Origin: a virus
Direction: 5' to 3' (one strand)
DNA length: 52,424 nucleotides
Virus record (IMG/VR): IMGVR_UViG_3300045988_144509
Coordinates: 1 to 52,424 of that record
Positions 26,388 to 34,185 of the stretch are shown here, piece after piece (within the stretch, counting starts at the first letter, position 1; each line of letters opens with the position of its first letter). The notes beneath the pieces were generated by a model, which did not search any database, was not told the origin of the DNA, and saw only the letters and a program-made list of their open reading frames with translations. A program made the translations under genes and the position numbers.

Positions 26388-26861
26388 TTATTTGATTGAT
26401 ATATTGGATTTTTCTACAATGCTAACACCGTTGATTACTTCACCAGATTGAATTGCTTTCTTTAAGCCTGCTTTATCTGGTTTAGGTTGTTGCTGTATTA
26501 AGAACTCGTTAGGTATTTCGGCATCTGGATTGATTTCAACGGACTTGCTTTTTCTAAAGCTGACTACCACCTTAGCAGTTTCAAATTTATTCCCCTGTAA
26601 ATCATTAGCTAGATATTGCTTAAGCCAATCTACTTTATTATTAATTGACTTCTTGCGTGCTGTAAGGTTCTTTATTTCTTCATCAATAGCTTTGCTATCT
26701 GCAACAAGGTTTTTGATGTATAGAGCGATATTTTCACGCTTAATATTTAGTTGTTCGTTTAGATTGTCTAATAGTTCAGGGTTTATAATTTCCCCTGTTT
26801 CCATATCAATACATTTATCAATAGCTTCTTGTATAGATTGTTTAATTTCATATAAATTCAT
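26388..26861 (-). CDS. Sipho_Gp157-family protein
   Basis: 157 aa; MNLYEIKQSIQEAIDKCIDMETGEIINPELLDNLNEQL.. matches the Gp157 N-terminal signature. Confidence 0.45.
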   Translation of the reverse strand: MNLYEIKQSIQEAIDKCIDMETGEIINPELLDNLNEQLNIKRENIALYIKNLVADSKAIDEEIKNLTARKKSINNKVDWLKQYLANDLQGNKFETAKVVVSFRKSKSVEINPDAEIPNEFLIQQQPKPDKAGLKKAIQSGEVINGVSIVEKSNISIK

Positions 26862-26925
26862 TGTTGATTTTCCTTTCTTTTTGTTGGTTTATGTGGTTAT
26901 GTTGTTTTTACAACAAATGAACATC

Positions 26926-27174
26926 TTAAAATGGTAACCAATCGCCCCATTCCCTTGATACGTTGCCACCTAGATAGTATTTACCATTCTTATTTTCTAC
27001 TGTAAAACCTAATTCAATAGCCTTATTAGCTTCTTTATAGCTAACTTGCCTATCTTCCTTCAAAATCTTATCTCTAAATATAAAATCTTGAACAATATCT
27101 TTTGCTTTTATTTCTGGATTTCTTCTGCATAGAACGTATTTTCCTTTATAGTCTTTAGTTAAGAACTTTATCAT
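26926..27174 (-). CDS. Hypothetical protein
   Basis: 82-aa ORF. Confidence 0.3.
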   Translation of the reverse strand: MIKFLTKDYKGKYVLCRRNPEIKAKDIVQDFIFRDKILKEDRQVSYKEANKAIELGFTVENKNGKYYLGGNVSREWGDWLPF

Positions 27175-27198
27175 CTTTATTTCTCCCCTTTTATTTTT

Positions 27199-27384
27199 TT
27201 ATTTACCGCTTGCGTATTGGTAGCAAGCTTTTATAACAAGTTTTGTCAAGCTTATTCCTTCATCAGAAGCAATCTGGCAAAGTTTAGCCTTTATATCTGG
27301 CTTAACTCTAAAGCTAAGCCCAACATAGTTATTTTTGTTGTATTCATTTGTTTTGTTGTATTTGCTCATATTAAATTTCCTCAA
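27199..27384 (-). CDS. Hypothetical protein
   Basis: 61-aa ORF. Confidence 0.3.
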   Translation of the reverse strand: MRKFNMSKYNKTNEYNKNNYVGLSFRVKPDIKAKLCQIASDEGISLTKLVIKACYQYASGK

Positions 27385-27625
27385 TTCTTTTAATATTTAC
27401 TACTGTATCAATAGGGCTATCTTCTTTGTAATCAATTACATCAAATAATATGTTTATGCCTTGACTATCATCTACCCAATAGGAAACGCTTTCGTCTTCA
27501 ATTAAACTATCTGGGTCTATTTCATCATATACAGAAGGCACACCGTAAGCAATTAATACGTTATCGAGTTCACATAAAGTCATTTCTTTTCCTTCTAATT
27601 CGTTTACTAAGTTAATATTAATCAT
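27371..27625 (-). CDS. Hypothetical acidic protein
   Basis: 84-aa ORF; first gene of a 4-gene operon driven by promoter copy 6. Confidence 0.35.
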   Translation of the reverse strand: MININLVNELEGKEMTLCELDNVLIAYGVPSVYDEIDPDSLIEDESVSYWVDDSQGINILFDVIDYKEDSPIDTVVNIKRIEEI

Positions 27626-27658
27626 TTAAAATCAATCCTTTCGTTTATCTTTATTTAT

Positions 27659-27687
27659 ATTATATCACACTTATAAATAATATGCAA
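27659..27687 (-). promoter_or_regulatory. Repeated minus-strand promoter unit (copy 6)
   Basis: TTGCAT-17 nt-TATAAT on the minus strand. Confidence 0.5.
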
Positions 27688-27695
27688 GCATATTT

Positions 27696-28163
27696 TTAAA
27701 AAAGTTTATTTAATTCTAATAAATTGTACTCACTTAAGCAAACACCGTTTTGAGAACCATCTTTATAAATGATGTAATAGTTTACACCATGTTTTTTTGC
27801 ATGGCTTAATCTTTTATATATTTTATTTAGATTTAATTTTATATTTTTATCTAAGCTATCGCCATTATCCGTTACTTCATTGTATGAACTTTTGTGTACG
27901 TTATTTGCTTCGTATACGTGTTCATACTGTACATTATTTATTATTTTTTGAACAACTATATATTTTATATCAGAAGCTTTACCAACTTTGTTTACAATGG
28001 TTTTTTCTATAGCTTCTTTTTTATAGTTATATAATACCAAACATAAATCCTTATTTAATTCTTCTGCTCTTTTTAAAGCTTCTTTGTAATCAAAGAAAAA
28101 TTCTAAATTAGCACCATTTTTAATTTCGTATCTTTCGAATAATTTGTTTGTCATGTTAATCAA
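27696..28163 (-). CDS. Hypothetical protein
   Basis: 155-aa ORF. Confidence 0.35.
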   Translation of the reverse strand: MINMTNKLFERYEIKNGANLEFFFDYKEALKRAEELNKDLCLVLYNYKKEAIEKTIVNKVGKASDIKYIVVQKIINNVQYEHVYEANNVHKSSYNEVTDNGDSLDKNIKLNLNKIYKRLSHAKKHGVNYYIIYKDGSQNGVCLSEYNLLELNKLF

Positions 28164-28190
28164 TCTCCTTTTTGTTTAACTTACATATAT

Positions 28191-28219
28191 ATTGTAGCAT
28201 ATTTTTATAATGTATGCAA
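28191..28219 (-). promoter_or_regulatory. Repeated minus-strand promoter unit (copy 7)
   Basis: TTGCAT-17 nt-TACAAT on the minus strand. Confidence 0.5.
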
Positions 28220-28262
28220 GTATATTTTTTATTTTTTACGATTTTTTTTGATAAAAAATTAT

Positions 28263-28607
28263 TTATGCAAATGCAAACAAATAAGCTAAGTCAACATATT
28301 TATCAACTTGTTCATTATGAACTTTTATAGCTTCTTGCTTGCTATTTGTTCTGTATTCAAATATTGGGTCAGCATAATCAAAAATATCTGCCGAGCCGTC
28401 AGCTCTAAATACCATTGTTTCGTATTGTTTGCCAACTGTAGCGGTTGAAATTAAGAACTTATCATCAACAACTTTTCTTAATTTTAGTTGTCTAGCTTGT
28501 TTATAAAGTTTGATAAGTGCTAGAGTGAAACAATCTCTGTAATTGCCTTCCATTGTTTTAGCTAATTGATGAGCTTTCTTAAATAATTCTTTTTTATTGA
28601 TTTCCAT
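28263..28607 (-). CDS. Hypothetical protein
   Basis: 114-aa ORF. Confidence 0.35.
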   Translation of the reverse strand: MEINKKELFKKAHQLAKTMEGNYRDCFTLALIKLYKQARQLKLRKVVDDKFLISTATVGKQYETMVFRADGSADIFDYADPIFEYRTNSKQEAIKVHNEQVDKYVDLAYLFAFA

Positions 28608-28640
28608 TTTAAACTCTCCTTTGCTTTAACTTATGTATTT

Positions 28641-28669
28641 ATTATAACACACTTGCAAAATATATGCAA
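28641..28669 (-). promoter_or_regulatory. Repeated minus-strand promoter unit (copy 8)
   Basis: TTGCAT-17 nt-TATAAT on the minus strand. Confidence 0.5.
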
Positions 28670-28685
28670 GCATATATTTAAATAA

Positions 28686-28716
28686 AATAAAAAATCCTAG
28701 AAATTAATCTAGGATA
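28686..28716 (-). terminator. Terminator, member of atcctaga/tctaggat repeat family
   Basis: atcctaga-aattaa-tctaggat with a T-run on the minus strand. Confidence 0.5.
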
Positions 28717-28727
28717 ATTTATTGGTG

Positions 28728-29087
28728 CTACATAATTAAATCTTTTACAATGTTTAATAATAAGCAAGACCAAACCAATATCATACATATAGATGATACA
28801 TTATTTAGTTTTTTATTGTCTTTAAATGAAGTATCTAATATTAAAGATAAGATACAAGCTAAGAAAGAAATTACATTTAATATAAAAAATAAATTAATAT
28901 CAATCAAGCCTGTATTATATTTATTGATATCTATAAATATATATCTTATTAACAAATAAGAACAACCAACATTTACATAAATAGGCTTTCTCATATAATT
29001 GAAAGATAGACTACCTAAATTTATATTTATTCTATCTATACAAATTAACATAATGACAATAAAGTCTATAAAATCTAATACACTCAT
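28728..29087 (-). CDS. Polytopic membrane protein
   Basis: 119 aa with 3-4 hydrophobic helices. Confidence 0.35.
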   Translation of the reverse strand: MSVLDFIDFIVIMLICIDRININLGSLSFNYMRKPIYVNVGCSYLLIRYIFIDINKYNTGLIDINLFFILNVISFLACILSLILDTSFKDNKKLNNVSSICMILVWSCLLLNIVKDLIM

Positions 29088-29299
29088 TATTTATCCCCCA
29101 TTTTAAATATATTGTACTTTTTAACAATGATAAATATAGCCTTAATTATTATATAAGACCAACCAACTATTAAAAAGTAAGTGTTAGGTGTGTAGTAAAT
29201 ATTTACATAATCAGACGTTAACGAAAATTCTGTTATGCAAAGAATGAAAATAATTATAAAATCTAATTTACTAAACTTCATTTTAATTCCTCCTTTCAT
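29087..29299 (-). CDS. Small membrane protein
   Basis: 70 aa with two hydrophobic helices; overlapping start/stop with the downstream membrane protein. Confidence 0.35.
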   Translation of the reverse strand: MKGGIKMKFSKLDFIIIFILCITEFSLTSDYVNIYYTPNTYFLIVGWSYIIIKAIFIIVKKYNIFKMGDK

Positions 29300-29310
29300 G
29301 TTATGACTAT

Positions 29311-29339
29311 ATTATATCATATATCATTTAACAATGCAA
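29311..29339 (-). promoter_or_regulatory. Repeated minus-strand promoter unit (copy 9)
   Basis: TTGCAT-17 nt-TATAAT on the minus strand. Confidence 0.5.
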
Positions 29340-29351
29340 TACATATTTAAA

Positions 29352-29380
29352 AGAAAAATCCTAGATTAAATTCTAGGATT
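29352..29380 (-). terminator. Terminator, member of atcctaga/tctaggat repeat family
   Basis: atcctaga-ttaaat-tctaggat with a T-run on the minus strand; near-identical to 28686-28716. Confidence 0.5.
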
Positions 29381-29385
29381 ATAAA

Positions 29386-29601
29386 TTAAAACTCGCTATA
29401 TGTTGATATATCAACCATGCTTTTATTATTTTCTATAGCTTCCATTATTTTATCATAAACCTCACGAGCATAAAAACCTTTATATAATACCAACTTATTA
29501 CTATCAATTGTTGATACAACTTCATTATATTTGTAAACTATACAGCCTAACTGGTTAGCGTTTACTAGCTCTTTATCTGAAACTTTTATCCACATAATCA
29601 C
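29386..29601 (-). CDS. Hypothetical protein
   Basis: 71-aa ORF. Confidence 0.3.
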   Translation of the reverse strand: MIMWIKVSDKELVNANQLGCIVYKYNEVVSTIDSNKLVLYKGFYAREVYDKIMEAIENNKSMVDISTYSEF

Positions 29602-29915
29602 ACCGCCAATTTTAATTTTAGATTATAATAATAATGAGTTGCTACCAATTCATCAAAATGGTATATATCGTCTTTCCTTATCAAAGTCTTATGCCAACTA
29701 AAATATTTTGGCAATTTCATTTTCTCTATTTGTTCCGTATTCTGAACAAGCTCATACATACCATCTTTTGTTTTTAACTTACTACCACTAAAATGGTTAT
29801 CCTCTATATATTCAATATCAGAAAGTTTTATTTCTTTGGTATTATAATGTTCATCAACAATTGAAGCATATATACGGCTGTTGAACGTGAAATAATAAAT
29901 AAGTTTATAATACAT
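29598..29915 (-). CDS. Hypothetical protein
   Basis: 105-aa ORF. Confidence 0.3.
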   Translation of the reverse strand: MYYKLIYYFTFNSRIYASIVDEHYNTKEIKLSDIEYIEDNHFSGSKLKTKDGMYELVQNTEQIEKMKLPKYFSWHKTLIRKDDIYHFDELVATHYYYNLKLKLAV

Positions 29916-29929
29916 TGTTATACCTCCTA

Positions 29930-30238
29930 TTATATTGCAGTAAATATATCAACATCAAGCTTATCTTTGCCTGTTAATTCTTTGTAGCTTTCTTTTGATA
30001 GCTCACAATATTTTTTTAAATCAACATCTATACTATGTGTCTTAGATATATATATGCTGTTAATTAAAGCTTTAGCAACTTTTATTGCACTTGTTAAATC
30101 ACCTGTTATTATAAATAAGTTGTATTCTTCATTATCGAAATCATTTGCTACTACCTTGAAGCAATATTCAAACCTTTTTATCTTAATCGTTTTAATTGCT
30201 TCCATGTTTATTATTATCTTTCTTCCTTTTATAAACAT
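29930..30238 (-). CDS. Hypothetical protein (start uncertain: 30238 or 30205)
   Basis: The track ORF extends to 30310, but the plausible starts are MFIKGRK (30238) or MEAIK (30205). It overlaps the 55-aa ORF 30192..30359, which has a strong RBS. Confidence 0.3.
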   Translation of the reverse strand: MFIKGRKIIINMEAIKTIKIKRFEYCFKVVANDFDNEEYNLFIITGDLTSAIKVAKALINSIYISKTHSIDVDLKKYCELSKESYKELTGKDKLDVDIFTAI

Positions 30239-30359
30239 TATCTTCAACCCTTTCTTTGTTCTGCATACTTTTATAATCACGCAAATATTTAGGTGGCTTA
30301 CGTGCTTCACTTATTGCTTTCCTATACATATTTATTATCATTTCGTCTATTTTATCCAT
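30192..30359 (-). CDS. Small basic protein (55 aa), not in ORF track
   Basis: AGGAGG 7 nt upstream of ATG 30359; MDKIDEMIINMYRKAISEARKPPKYLRDYKSMQNKERVEDN... Confidence 0.4.
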   Translation of the reverse strand: MDKIDEMIINMYRKAISEARKPPKYLRDYKSMQNKERVEDNVYKRKKDNNKHGSN

Positions 30360-30379
30360 TATTGAACCTCCTTTATCTT

Positions 30380-30408
30380 ATTATAGCATATTTTATAAAT
30401 TAATGCAA
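30380..30408 (-). promoter_or_regulatory. Repeated minus-strand promoter unit (copy 10)
   Basis: TTGCAT-17 nt-TATAAT on the minus strand. Confidence 0.5.
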
Positions 30409-30409
30409 T

Positions 30410-30435
30410 AGAAAAAGCACCCTTTCGAGTGCTTA
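30410..30435 (-). terminator. Terminator after the disrupted paralog gene
   Basis: agcac-cctttcgag-gtgct with a T-run on the minus strand. Confidence 0.4.
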
Positions 30436-30612
30436 AGTATTAATATATTTATTTTGCATTTTACTAATCTTTAACGGTTTATTTATTTCTGATATTAATT
30501 TACGTATAACACTAAGTGAATAATTAAGACAATCATCACCTGTTTTACTTTGGTTTTCATAATTATTTACAATTGTTTCAATCTATTTTTTCATTTTTTC
30601 CACGCTTACCAT
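30433..30612 (-). pseudogene. Paralog of 30612..30782 interrupted by in-frame TAG at codon 10
   Basis: MVSVEKMKK-TAG-IETIVNNYENQSKTGDDCLNYS... aligns with MASVEELNKAIEIISSHCESFDNCEENY... from the neighbouring gene. The TAG sits where the paralog has Ala. The downstream 49 codons are open and lack their own start. Confidence 0.4.
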
Positions 30613-30782
30613 TATTTTTCGTCTTCTTCACATACATTAAACCAAGATGAAGGCGGTTCTATTTCTCCTTTTATTGGGCAGTTTACAATAAATGGGCAGT
30701 AATTTTCCTCACAATTATCAAAACTTTCGCAATGACTGCTAATTATTTCAATTGCCTTATTTAATTCTTCCACGCTTGCCAT
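30612..30782 (-). CDS. Small Cys-rich protein (56 aa), not in ORF track
   Basis: AGGAGG RBS; MASVEELNKAIEIISSHCESFDNCEENYCPFIVNCPIKGEIEPPSSWFNVCEEDEK. Confidence 0.45.
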   Translation of the reverse strand: MASVEELNKAIEIISSHCESFDNCEENYCPFIVNCPIKGEIEPPSSWFNVCEEDEK

Positions 30783-30794
30783 TTTTATTCCTCC

Positions 30795-31202
30795 TTAAAT
30801 AACTTCAATACCTAGAACACAATAACCATCTTTCAAACCTTCTACTTGATTGCTTGTCATCATGTACACTATTTTTAAACAAAGCATTTCACCTGTATAG
30901 CCTTTGCCAATGTCAAATTCTCTTAGGTCAATATATTCGCCTACGTTATAGTTTTTATCATTTTTTACAACTTCAAACTTTTTCTTACCTTCTTTAATTG
31001 CTTTGAAGTTTTCTGGAAATACTCTCATTTCGTATACTGTTACCATTTTATTATCCTCCAATATAAATTCTTTTATATATGATAAATCTTTCCATATTTG
31101 TTTTTGTGCAATCCTAGCTTCTGTATAAGTTTTATATACACCTTGTATTTTATGTTCATACGTAGAATAATTGTAACATACAAACAATATATATACTTTC
31201 AT
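30795..31202 (-). CDS. DUF3850/ASCH-like (PUA-fold) protein with N-terminal MKVYI module
   Basis: 135 aa. C-terminal ..VFPENFKAIKEGKKKFEVVKNDKNYNVGEYIDLREFD..YTGEMLCLKIVYM.. resembles DUF3850. The N-terminal 45 aa are paralogous to the two upstream small genes. Confidence 0.4.
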   Translation of the reverse strand: MKVYILFVCYNYSTYEHKIQGVYKTYTEARIAQKQIWKDLSYIKEFILEDNKMVTVYEMRVFPENFKAIKEGKKKFEVVKNDKNYNVGEYIDLREFDIGKGYTGEMLCLKIVYMMTSNQVEGLKDGYCVLGIEVI

Positions 31203-31214
31203 TATTTTTTTCTC

Positions 31215-31421
31215 CTACACGTTAGCATTACAAAACATATGAACACATTTAACTACTACATAAGTATAAAAATAAAAACCAAATAATCTAAACAAGGCTT
31301 TATCTTTTTTAGTTGGCAATTTATCATTATATATAATAGCGTCCATTCTTAACATCAAGAAAAAGAATGATATCTGATATGCGAATAATAATAAATATTC
31401 TATGATGTCTACATATTTCAT
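31215..31421 (-). CDS. Small membrane protein
   Basis: 68 aa with two hydrophobic helices. Confidence 0.3.
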   Translation of the reverse strand: MKYVDIIEYLLLFAYQISFFFLMLRMDAIIYNDKLPTKKDKALFRLFGFYFYTYVVVKCVHMFCNANV

Positions 31422-31585
31422 TCTATTACCTCGTATTCTAATATATCTACATAATAATCATAATCGAAACCATATTTTTTGATGTAGCTTTCTAACAAAT
31501 ATCTTTTCCAGCTTTCAGCCATAGCTTTATTTTTATATACACCATAAATATATTCACCACATACATTAACTATATATACTTTCAT
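31418..31585 (-). CDS. MKVYI-module small protein (55 aa), not in ORF track
   Basis: MKVYIVNVCGEYIYGVYKNKAMAESWKRYLLE...; ATGA overlap with the downstream gene and a TAG-ATG junction with the upstream gene. Confidence 0.4.
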   Translation of the reverse strand: MKVYIVNVCGEYIYGVYKNKAMAESWKRYLLESYIKKYGFDYDYYVDILEYEVIE

Positions 31586-31759
31586 CTACTTCACCTCAAA
31601 TTCTTCTATATAAGATTTAAAACAATCGTGATAACTATGCTCTTTTATTAAATCTCCTTTTACTTTTTCAGCCTTCGCTTTTTCTTTGTACACACCGTAT
31701 GTGTATTGCTTTGCATATTCATAATCTTTGATTACTACGCTAACAATATATACTTTCAT
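31586..31759 (-). CDS. MKVYI-module small protein (57 aa), not in ORF track
   Basis: MKVYIVSVVIKDYEYAKQYTYGVYKEKAKAEKVKGDLIKE...; paralog of 31418..31585 and of the N-terminus of 30795..31202. Confidence 0.4.
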   Translation of the reverse strand: MKVYIVSVVIKDYEYAKQYTYGVYKEKAKAEKVKGDLIKEHSYHDCFKSYIEEFEVK

Positions 31760-31761
31760 TA

Positions 31762-31940
31762 CCATAACCCTACCTTTTCAAAATACTCATCTACTGTCAT
31801 ACCATCAATTCTAGCAACACCGTCTTTTGATGGTTTGTTAGGTATATTATATTTTTTAAGTTCCTCATCAAGCAATTCAAAAGCTCTTTTTAATCTTAAA
31901 TCACTTTCCTTTATTTCCTCATCTGTAAAATTATCATCAT
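31762..31940 (-). pseudogene. Small gene with apparent 1-nt frameshift near its start
   Basis: SD GGTAGGTGA + ATGATG at 31940 opens a frame that stops after 9 codons. The 61-codon open frame (..DDNFTDEEIKESDLRLKRAFELLDEELKKYNIPNKPSKDGVARIDGMTVDEYFEKVGLW) is in the -1 frame. One extra A in the run ataa would fuse them. Confidence 0.35.
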
Positions 31941-31958
31941 ATCACCTACCTTAATATT

Positions 31959-31987
31959 ATTATAGCACATATTGAAAAATAATGCAA
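31959..31987 (-). promoter_or_regulatory. Repeated minus-strand promoter unit (copy 11)
   Basis: TTGCAT-17 nt-TATAAT on the minus strand. Confidence 0.5.
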
Positions 31988-31988
31988 A

Positions 31989-32014
31989 TAAAAATGGCGG
32001 TAATTAAACCGCCA
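31989..32014 (-). terminator. Terminator downstream of 32021..32932
   Basis: tggcggt-aattaa-accgcca with a T-run on the minus strand. Confidence 0.5.
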
Positions 32015-32020
32015 ATATTG

Positions 32021-32932
32021 TTATTCAATTATTAAGTTATCAAGATTAACATTTTCTTCAATTTCAAAAGTTATGCCTAGAAACTCTAACAATTTAACTA
32101 AAAATAAAGTTCTAGGGTTTAATTCAGTTGTATTTCTTAGATATCGTGAATAATCGCCTAAGTCAAAATCATAAAATAAAACAAAAAAATCATTAGCTTT
32201 ATGTTCTGATAATAAATCAAAATCTTTAAAGCTTTTATTCTCTGAACATAAACTTCTATCTTCTCTTACATAGTAAGTAAAAGTTTGCTCTTCTTTCCAG
32301 CCTTTTAGTTCTAAAATAAACGGTATTTTTTTAATTTCATCACTCATTAAATCACTTAAATAGCGAACTGTTAGACTTGAATATTTTGTAGGAGTCCCAC
32401 TTTCTAAAATATTAATACTTTCAATTCTTTTATTATCTAGCAAAATATTTAAGTGAAATTTTGAAGAAGGCTTGCAAGTTGACTCTTTTAATTTTTTAGC
32501 AAAAGAGTTATCGTATTTCATTTTAGAATAAATAGACATTAAAGAAAGTAACTCTGTATCGTTTTCCAACTTTAAAGGTTTTGATATTATTTCGCCAACG
32601 TAAGGAAGCTTGTCTTTATATTTATATCCTCTTAAAGAGAATGTTCCATTTTTGTATATATCTATCGCTAAATAATTTTCGCTATATGGTATTTCCATAT
32701 AATATATTTTTCCATTTTCTAGTCCTGCTTTTTCTACAATCAATTTAAAGTATTTGTCAATTAAGCAATCGTAAGATTGTATTTCTTTTAATTCTTTTTT
32801 ACAGAAGCTAAAATTTTTTCTTAAACTTTCTATCAATTGTTCATTATATTCATCAACATATTTTTCCCAATACTCTTTTGCGTTGTTGCCTTCCATATCG
32901 CAACCAAATTTAGGGGATTGTGGATATTCCAT
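32021..32932 (-). CDS. Hypothetical 303-aa protein, candidate PD-(D/E)XK nuclease partner of the adjacent Dam-like MTase
   Basis: Directly downstream (same strand) of the MTase. Contains a possible D-x11-E-L-K motif (..SDEIKKIPFILELKGWK..). Has its own repeated promoter (copy 12) and terminator. Confidence 0.3.
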   Translation of the reverse strand: MEYPQSPKFGCDMEGNNAKEYWEKYVDEYNEQLIESLRKNFSFCKKELKEIQSYDCLIDKYFKLIVEKAGLENGKIYYMEIPYSENYLAIDIYKNGTFSLRGYKYKDKLPYVGEIISKPLKLENDTELLSLMSIYSKMKYDNSFAKKLKESTCKPSSKFHLNILLDNKRIESINILESGTPTKYSSLTVRYLSDLMSDEIKKIPFILELKGWKEEQTFTYYVREDRSLCSENKSFKDFDLLSEHKANDFFVLFYDFDLGDYSRYLRNTTELNPRTLFLVKLLEFLGITFEIEENVNLDNLIIE

Positions 32933-32946
32933 ATTAAATCACTCCT

Positions 32947-33030
32947 TATAAAAATATCTTAGCAATTTCTAGAACTACTAAAAGAACATTTAACACAATA
33001 AACAATGCAAGCAAACTTTGAAAAGTCATG
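32947..33030 (-). CDS. Tiny hydrophobic peptide (27 aa), speculative
   Basis: AAAGGAG RBS before ATG 33030; MTFQSLLALFIVLNVLLVVLEIAKIFL. Confidence 0.2.
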
Positions 33031-33052
33031 TATTATCGCTCCTTTCAAATAT

Positions 33053-33081
33053 ATTATATCACACTTATAAGAATAATGCAA
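33053..33081 (-). promoter_or_regulatory. Repeated minus-strand promoter unit (copy 12)
   Basis: TTGCAT-17 nt-TATAAT on the minus strand. Confidence 0.5.
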
Positions 33082-33100
33082 TATATAAACATAATAAAAT

Positions 33101-33140
33101 AAGCGAAAATATCTTCATGGGGTGGTGAAAATATTTTCGC
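33101..33140 (-). terminator. Long-loop hairpin terminator downstream of the MTase gene
   Basis: agcgaaaatat ...18-nt loop... atattttcgct, T-rich on the minus strand. Confidence 0.35.
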
Positions 33141-33146
33141 TTGCGG

Positions 33147-33869
33147 TTAACATTCATAGGTGAATAGTTTTTCTGTTCTATCAATACTTTTTCTATTTTC
33201 TCTATGACCTAGACCACACTTTATTTCTTTAGACCATAAACATTTAAAATCAGAAGGTGCAACATATTCACTTATAAATATTTTATAACCTTCTCTCGCC
33301 TTATTTCTGCACCATTCCCAAAATTCATCATGATTAAAATTGCCTGTTATGTATCCTGTTGAATTTTTATATGGCGGGTCGCAATATATCAAACTATTAC
33401 TAGGGATATACAAATCCTTGTAATCTGAATATACAAAATTAACACCTTTTATGTTATTTAATTGCTTAAGTATGTTGTTAGAACACTCAATCATATAATT
33501 TCTTGATTTACTTGTTCCCTCTTTATACTCTTTCCCAGAATATCCATTCATAAACATTCCCCTATAGCATAAAGCGGTAAAACCTACCCACCCAACATAA
33601 TAATCTGGATATTTATCTTTATTTTCTTTAACTTTTAGAGCTTCTTCTTTTGATATACCTATTAGCGGTTTATATCCTTTTTGAAGTTCTTTGAATAACG
33701 CTATCAAATATTTATTATTATCTGCTCCTATTCTTTTACCGCCAACCTTATCAATGACGTTAGCACCACCGACGAAAGGCTCAACCCATGTCATACCTTC
33801 TTTTCTGTGAGCTTGCATTATTGGTATTATATACTTTGCTATCCTTGATTTACTGCCCATATATCTCAA
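33147..33869 (-). CDS. N6-adenine DNA methyltransferase, Dam/D12 class
   Basis: 240 aa. N-terminal MRYMGSKSRIAKYIIP..EPFVGGANV (AdoMet motif) and catalytic DPPY motif (LIYCDPPYKNS). Confidence 0.7.
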   Translation of the reverse strand: MRYMGSKSRIAKYIIPIMQAHRKEGMTWVEPFVGGANVIDKVGGKRIGADNNKYLIALFKELQKGYKPLIGISKEEALKVKENKDKYPDYYVGWVGFTALCYRGMFMNGYSGKEYKEGTSKSRNYMIECSNNILKQLNNIKGVNFVYSDYKDLYIPSNSLIYCDPPYKNSTGYITGNFNHDEFWEWCRNKAREGYKIFISEYVAPSDFKCLWSKEIKCGLGHRENRKSIDRTEKLFTYEC

Positions 33870-33880
33870 TTATTATCACC

Positions 33881-34183
33881 TTATACCATTTGCTGTTTAA
33901 TTTTGTATCTACCATTTGCGGTTTTAGCACGGAAAATGTAAAATTCCTTGTAACGTCTTTTAACAATGAAGTCAAACGCACTTTTAATATCCATGAAGTA
34001 CCAATTCATCTTTACGTTATTTCTAATTGTCTTAACTATGAAGAAGGTAACCTTACTACCACAACTTATGATATCGCTTAACTCAACGTTACTCTTAATG
34101 TTACTTAGCAACTTTATCTTTTCTTGTTTCGTCATGTTCTCACCTACTTTGTATTTTCTACTCAATCTCTTGACAACCAACAA
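33881..34183 (-). CDS. Hypothetical basic protein
   Basis: 100-aa ORF with RBS AGGTGAG; preceded on the minus strand by a ~400-nt GC-rich leader. Confidence 0.35.
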   Translation of the reverse strand: MLVVKRLSRKYKVGENMTKQEKIKLLSNIKSNVELSDIISCGSKVTFFIVKTIRNNVKMNWYFMDIKSAFDFIVKRRYKEFYIFRAKTANGRYKIKQQMV

Positions 34184-34185
34184 TC

